A stretch of DNA of 43,536 bases. Origin: Methanobacteriota archaeon. GTDB taxonomy: Archaea; Hydrothermarchaeota; Hydrothermarchaeia; Hydrothermarchaeales; JACRDW01. Positions 39,171-43,536 of this stretch are shown in pieces. The position numbers and the translations under genes were made by a program. The DNA is taken from NCBI GenBank assembly GCA_043820925.1, contig JBDRDL010000020.1, positions 1 through 43,536 of the forward strand. The letters run 5' to 3'. Every line of letters starts with the position of its first letter. Position 1 is the first letter of the stretch. The notes beneath the pieces were generated by a model. The model worked only from the letters and a program-made list of their open reading frames with translations, ran no database searches and was not told the origin of the DNA.

Positions 39171-39899
39171 TTAAACACCCAACATTTCAAATGCCTGCCT
39201 CAGCTGCAAAACAGAAAGCTGTCCCGGAGCAGTCTCTCTGGTTATGTAGCCATAGGAAATTGCAGAACCGAAAAACGGAGCTGCGATGCGGGATATTTTC
39301 CCTAACTCGCCCATTGATATGGTGCACACGGGAATACTCAGCCCAGATGACATCTCCCGTGTAACTTCAAGCAGTTTTAGGACATCTTCCCTTGAATTTG
39401 CCTTGACTGCAAGTTTGGCTATGCTTGCGCCAGCACCACCTTCTTCCTCCAGTATCGCCTTCATGACATCTTCTCCTGGCGTTTTATTTAAATCATGATA
39501 GGAAAGTATCACAGGTATTTTGTTCTTTTTCGCTTCGCTCATTATCTCCTCACGCTTTTTTTCCTCCATCCGCAGCTCAATGTCTATACCATCCGCAAGT
39601 TTCATGGTTTCTTTAATGCATGCTGCTCTTTCTGCTTCGCTGCCTGCAAAGACGCCGCCTTCTTTCTCCATCCTCAGGGTGAGAATAACTGGCAGGTCTG
39701 TCTGGATATTCACATTCTTAAGTAGCCTTTTTATCTCCGCCCTGTACTTCTGCCTGCTCGGCGGCTCCACCTTTAGACCGTCTGCACGTATCTCGACAAC
39801 ATCCGCATCCCTTGCGTTTCTTGCCGCATCTAAGAACTCCTCGACAGTGTGGGCGATGATGGATGCACAGATAGAAGGTTTTTTTGGAAGTATCCTCAT
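39171..39899 (-). CDS. aroD: Type I 3-dehydroquinate dehydratase
   Basis: VEIRAD, R..KEGG, SYHD, AKLA, ISMG...SR and APGQ motifs. Confidence 0.95.
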   Translation of the reverse strand: MRILPKKPSICASIIAHTVEEFLDAARNARDADVVEIRADGLKVEPPSRQKYRAEIKRLLKNVNIQTDLPVILTLRMEKEGGVFAGSEAERAACIKETMKLADGIDIELRMEEKKREEIMSEAKKNKIPVILSYHDLNKTPGEDVMKAILEEEGGAGASIAKLAVKANSREDVLKLLEVTREMSSGLSIPVCTISMGELGKISRIAAPFFGSAISYGYITRETAPGQLSVLQLRQAFEMLGV

Positions 39900-39903
39900 T
39901 ATC

Positions 39904-41037
39904 TCACCTCTCAATTATACTCTCTTCTACTTCCATTCCAAAGTGGCGACCGACTTCTTTGGTGTAAATGAGTATCTCGTCGCCGACTTTAAGCTTCGAT
40001 ATCGAGACAGGTTTGCCGTCCTTGCCAACAAGCATTATAGTCTCTGCGTTCTGCAGCAGGGTTTTGTAAACCTTCCCCTCGCATTCTGCCTCTACGAGCA
40101 TTAATGGACGCTTCTCTATCTTGACCCTGCCAATCACAACGCTTCTTGTATTGCCCACTCCATCTACTGCCAGAACCTCGTCTCCGGTCTTTAACTCGCT
40201 GAGATACTTTGTTTTTTTATCAGGGGTTAGAACGTACGCATGTACTGCTCCTGCATTTACCCTGAACGGTCTCGAGGCGATGTACTCTGTCTCAAGAGTC
40301 TCGGAATGAATTAAAAACAAACCATTTGCTTGAGAACCGATGAGCATGCCTTCTCCCACTGCAAGCAGAGAAGCAGTATCTATGCAAACTCTGTCTCCCA
40401 TGCCAAGCGGCTTGAGGGTTCTCACCTTCCCTGCCTTCAAAACAAGCTTCTCAGAAATTGCAGCACAGAGTTCTGCAACTTTTTTAATTTCATTCACATC
40501 GCTGCTTTGCAGCAGGACACCATCAACGCCAACTTCCAAAGTCTCAAGGGCAAGCCTTGCTTCTTCAGAATTTTTTACTCCTGCGAGCACCTCAACTTTT
40601 TCTTTCTGGAGCTCTGCGATTAAGTTTTCCAGAGGTATTATCGCCCAGTCTTTTCCGACGACGAGTATAAAATCTGCTGCCTTGGCTTCAAGAGCAGCCA
40701 GCCTTTCATGCTGCTTGCTGTGAATCTCCACATATCCGCAGACTCTAAGACCCTTTTCTTTCAGTTTTTTAAGTTTCATAACGTCCGCTGATTCTTCTAA
40801 ATTCTCAGGCAGCTTGAGAGTTGCATCGCCCTCGCTGTTTTTACCGATGAGTACAACGTCTCCTTTGCCTTCCTCCTCAGCAATCAGTGTAATATTTCCC
40901 AGCTTTGCAGCTCTCTCAGCATCCTCTGACCTAACAACGACTCCCTTTGCCCCTGACTCAAGAGCGGTCGTTATAATGCCCTTCCTCTCATTCCAAGAGC
41001 TTCCTGCCGCTGCATCTACCCAGAAAAATTTTGTCAT
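39904..41037 (-). CDS. 3-dehydroquinate synthase II (archaeal AroB')
   Basis: DWAIIPLENLIA, GDRVCIDT, RPFRVNAGAVHAY and GRHFG motifs. Confidence 0.95.
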   Translation of the reverse strand: MTKFFWVDAAAGSSWNERKGIITTALESGAKGVVVRSEDAERAAKLGNITLIAEEEGKGDVVLIGKNSEGDATLKLPENLEESADVMKLKKLKEKGLRVCGYVEIHSKQHERLAALEAKAADFILVVGKDWAIIPLENLIAELQKEKVEVLAGVKNSEEARLALETLEVGVDGVLLQSSDVNEIKKVAELCAAISEKLVLKAGKVRTLKPLGMGDRVCIDTASLLAVGEGMLIGSQANGLFLIHSETLETEYIASRPFRVNAGAVHAYVLTPDKKTKYLSELKTGDEVLAVDGVGNTRSVVIGRVKIEKRPLMLVEAECEGKVYKTLLQNAETIMLVGKDGKPVSISKLKVGDEILIYTKEVGRHFGMEVEESIIER

Positions 41038-41243
41038 TTGAATCCACTCCTTCGTTCGAACTTCGTTCTTCACTCAGTCGTGTCTTCACCCAGTCTTTCA
41101 CTCGCCTCTGGCGAGTGGCTTTACTTTTGATTCGACTTATGGGGTCTCGGCACAAGCGAGCTCTTCCGTCAGGAAGATGGTGTACATGCCAGCTTCCTAT
41201 CGGAATTGTGAGTGCTCGAAGCAGCGAGCGAAGTGCTGAGAAT
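41038..41243. repeat. Palindromic cluster between aroA' and aroB' (E module; F arms enclosing A at 41164-41205)
   Basis: TTTGAATCCAC...GTCGTGTCTTCACC; CACTCGCCTCTGGCGAGTG; GGTCTCGGCAC...[A]...GTGCTGAGA. Confidence 0.82.
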
Positions 41244-41244
41244 A

Positions 41245-42045
41245 TTATTTCAGTTCTTTCATCGCCTCGTCGACTTCGTAACCTTCGTGCACGATTTTTG
41301 CTATCGCCCTTACCATCTTCGTCGGATTTTTGTGCTGGAAAATATTTCTGCCAATGCTCGTGCCTGTGCCACCTGCCTCGATTGCTCCTTTTACCATCTC
41401 CAGAACATCTCTATCGGTATTCATCTTTGGACCGCCTGCGATTACAACAGGTACCGGGCAGCCTTTCACAACTTCCCTGAAGGAATCTACGTCTCCTGTG
41501 TAGTTCGTCTTTATTATGTCTGCTCCAAGCTCTGCACCACAGCGAGCTGCGTGCTTAACGACTGCAACGTCGTGCTCGCTTTTTATTTTTTTTCCTCTCG
41601 GATACATCATCGCAAGCAGCGGCATGCCCCATTCCATGCATTTCCTTGCTGTACTGCCCAGAATCTTCAGCATTTCTGCTTCGTTGTCTGCCCCAACGTT
41701 TATGTGCACGCTTACTGCATCTGCACCTAGCTTTATCGCTTCCTCCACCGCAGTCACCAGAACTTTGTTGTTCGGATCAGGACTCAAGGATGTACTTCCA
41801 GAGAGATGTAAAATCAAGCCGATGTCTCGACCGTAGCCTCTGTGCCCCACTTTTACTATACCTTTATGCAGAAGAACAGCATTCGCTCCGCCCTCTGCAA
41901 CTTTATCAACTATCTCCGGCATGTCCAGCAAGCCAGCTATTGGCCCAGAGGATACTCCGTGGTCCATGGGTACTATAATCATCCTTCCGGTCTTGCGATT
42001 TTTTATCCTTTCTATCCTCACATTTTTACCGATGACGCTCATCAT
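41245..42045 (-). CDS. 2-amino-3,7-dideoxy-D-threo-hept-6-ulosonate synthase (AroA', DhnA-type aldolase)
   Basis: PMDHG, AMMYPRG, GADIIKT, AGG and GRNIFQ motifs; upstream of aroB'. Confidence 0.93.
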   Translation of the reverse strand: MMSVIGKNVRIERIKNRKTGRMIIVPMDHGVSSGPIAGLLDMPEIVDKVAEGGANAVLLHKGIVKVGHRGYGRDIGLILHLSGSTSLSPDPNNKVLVTAVEEAIKLGADAVSVHINVGADNEAEMLKILGSTARKCMEWGMPLLAMMYPRGKKIKSEHDVAVVKHAARCGAELGADIIKTNYTGDVDSFREVVKGCPVPVVIAGGPKMNTDRDVLEMVKGAIEAGGTGTSIGRNIFQHKNPTKMVRAIAKIVHEGYEVDEAMKELK

Positions 42046-42258
42046 GAAACCTCCATGTTACTTGCTGCCATGCTACATAGTAGCACAAGTATATAAAGGT
42101 TTCTGTTGCTAGTAGTAGCTCTTGTTCTTGGGCATCAATTGTTATTATAAGAACAAGAGTTACCGCATTAGCGTTCTGGTTTTGAATTATGAAACAACCT
42201 CCCCCCAATGTATCCTCATTTAGAAAGATTTTTATAATTTGGATATAAGAGAAAGATC

Positions 42259-42846
42259 ATGCGGAGGAGAAAATTATCTAAGCTTTCAGAAAAATTGAAG
42301 AAGTCATTCAGGTCCTATATTGCAATTTATGTATTTACTTTTATCCTAGTTGTGCTTCTTCTTATTGCATTCATGCAGCTCTATATAACTTTCTTTGGAC
42401 AGATGCGCTTGGATCCAAGCGCAGTAACCGCATCCGCAACAATGATCCTAGTTTTCGTAACAACTGGCTACGCTCTGGCAACGTACCGGATTGTGCAAGA
42501 GTCTCAAAAAGCTCGCAGAGTTGATTTGCTCAGGTATAGATTGGAGAAGTTATATTCCCCGTTGAAGTATCACGGTCATCTGGGCCAGTTAACCATGGAA
42601 TTCAGAGATAAATTAAAGCGTGATTTATATCTGGCTAGCAAGGAACTACAGCCCCTGCTCGAAGAGTATATAAAGTTGGTGCATAGCGATGATTTCCAGC
42701 TTAGAACTACAAAGGAAGGGGAAATGTTTGTTATGATAGCTAGCGAGAATGAGGAGAAGAATCTTGCATTCTTATCCAAGTTAAAATCCCAAATAGATAA
42801 CGATTTTGATGAATTTAGGAGAGAATTGCTCGAGCTCACACCCTAG
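42259..42846 (+). CDS. Hypothetical membrane protein (2 TM)
   Basis: 195-aa ORF with two hydrophobic helices; TATA-like TTTTATA upstream. Confidence 0.65.
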   Translation: MRRRKLSKLSEKLKKSFRSYIAIYVFTFILVVLLLIAFMQLYITFFGQMRLDPSAVTASATMILVFVTTGYALATYRIVQESQKARRVDLLRYRLEKLYSPLKYHGHLGQLTMEFRDKLKRDLYLASKELQPLLEEYIKLVHSDDFQLRTTKEGEMFVMIASENEEKNLAFLSKLKSQIDNDFDEFRRELLELTP

Positions 42847-42892
42847 TTCAGAGTTTATCTTTGTTTTTCTTCCCTGCAACAACCTCCCGTTG

Positions 42893-43279
42893 CTATCCCC
42901 TCTCCCCCTTATCCCACCACGGCGTCGAGGGATTCTCGTCTATGTACAGAACGAGCCATTCTTTATTTTTATCGCCGACCAGATAGAGCCTTACAAAAGT
43001 AACACTTGTTGCTTTGTAGTCATAAACCTCAATAAAAATTCCTTTCAGAATCTCAAACTGCTTTGCTCCGGAATCGGCTATTTCTCCCTTTGTAATCTCG
43101 CTTGCTATTTTTTCGCCGCTTGCGGCGATAGGGGCAAGAATGAGATTTATCTTATCCGCAACGTAATCGAAATGCTTTGAGTCAAATGCAGCGCTTCCGG
43201 CGATGTATTTGCCGTGCTTTCTGACGCTCTGCGATTTTGAAATGCTCTTAAATTCTAAAAGAATTTTCTCTGTCAGCAT
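42893..43279 (-). CDS. Hypothetical protein
   Basis: 128-aa ORF with a GAGGTGA RBS. Confidence 0.65.
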   Translation of the reverse strand: MLTEKILLEFKSISKSQSVRKHGKYIAGSAAFDSKHFDYVADKINLILAPIAASGEKIASEITKGEIADSGAKQFEILKGIFIEVYDYKATSVTFVRLYLVGDKNKEWLVLYIDENPSTPWWDKGERG

Positions 43280-43292
43280 TCAATCACCTCTC

Positions 43293-43334
43293 TTCCGTCA
43301 GGAAGATGGTATACATGCCAACTTCCTATCGGAA
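43293..43334. repeat. Family A hairpin
   Basis: TTCCGTCAGGAAGATGGTATACATGCCAACTTCCTATCGGAA; differs from 41164-41205 at 2 positions. Confidence 0.9.
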
Positions 43335-43359
43335 TCGGCAAGGGATTGCATAAAAAGCT

Positions 43360-43536
43360 TCAGTAGTAGACATTTTCCTCTGATGGAAAGTTACCCTGCA
43401 ATACATCTTGCCTATATCTCAATAAGGCATCCTTTATATCCTTCCTCAAATTTACGTACTGCCTCGCAAATTTAGGGACATATCTGTCGAATAAGCCGAG
43501 CAAATCATGGAGTACCAAAATCTGCCCGTCGCAGTA
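43360..43536 (-). CDS. panB: 3-methyl-2-oxobutanoate hydroxymethyltransferase, C-terminal part only
   Basis: Manual translation YCDGQILVLHDLLGLFDRYVPKFARQY...GNFPSEENVYY*. Confidence 0.88.
   Translation of the reverse strand, partial: YCDGQILVLHDLLGLFDRYVPKFARQYVNLRKDIKDALLRYRQDVLQGNFPSEENVYY

Overview
Archaeal chromosomal DNA (aIF5A, NOB1, CTP-dependent riboflavin kinase, HdrA/MvhD, FwdDAC, HMG-CoA synthase/thiolase/DUF35, AroA'/AroB', BRE-TATA promoters). The lineage looks euryarchaeal, possibly Hydrothermarchaeota- or Methanomada-like; this is inference only. Most of the window is housekeeping genes plus three tRNAs: Ser(CGA), Arg(TCG) and Pro(CGG). Two things stand out. (1) At about 25.3-29.35 kb, a co-oriented array of toxin-antitoxin pairs. 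In its last four units each pair is bounded by a short remnant of the conserved 'VYxLYGL..E/D.K.IE' C-terminal tail typical of Type IIG/Eco57I-like restriction-modification enzymes, and a perfect 32-bp direct repeat flanks the last two pairs. No integrase is present in the window. (2) A pervasive set of short (about 30-60 bp) palindromic mini-elements in several families. They nest inside each other, cluster next to tRNAs and between operon genes, insert in frame into genes, truncate genes, and appear to supply start codons or ribosome-binding sites. All product calls come from motif recognition by eye; no database searches were run.
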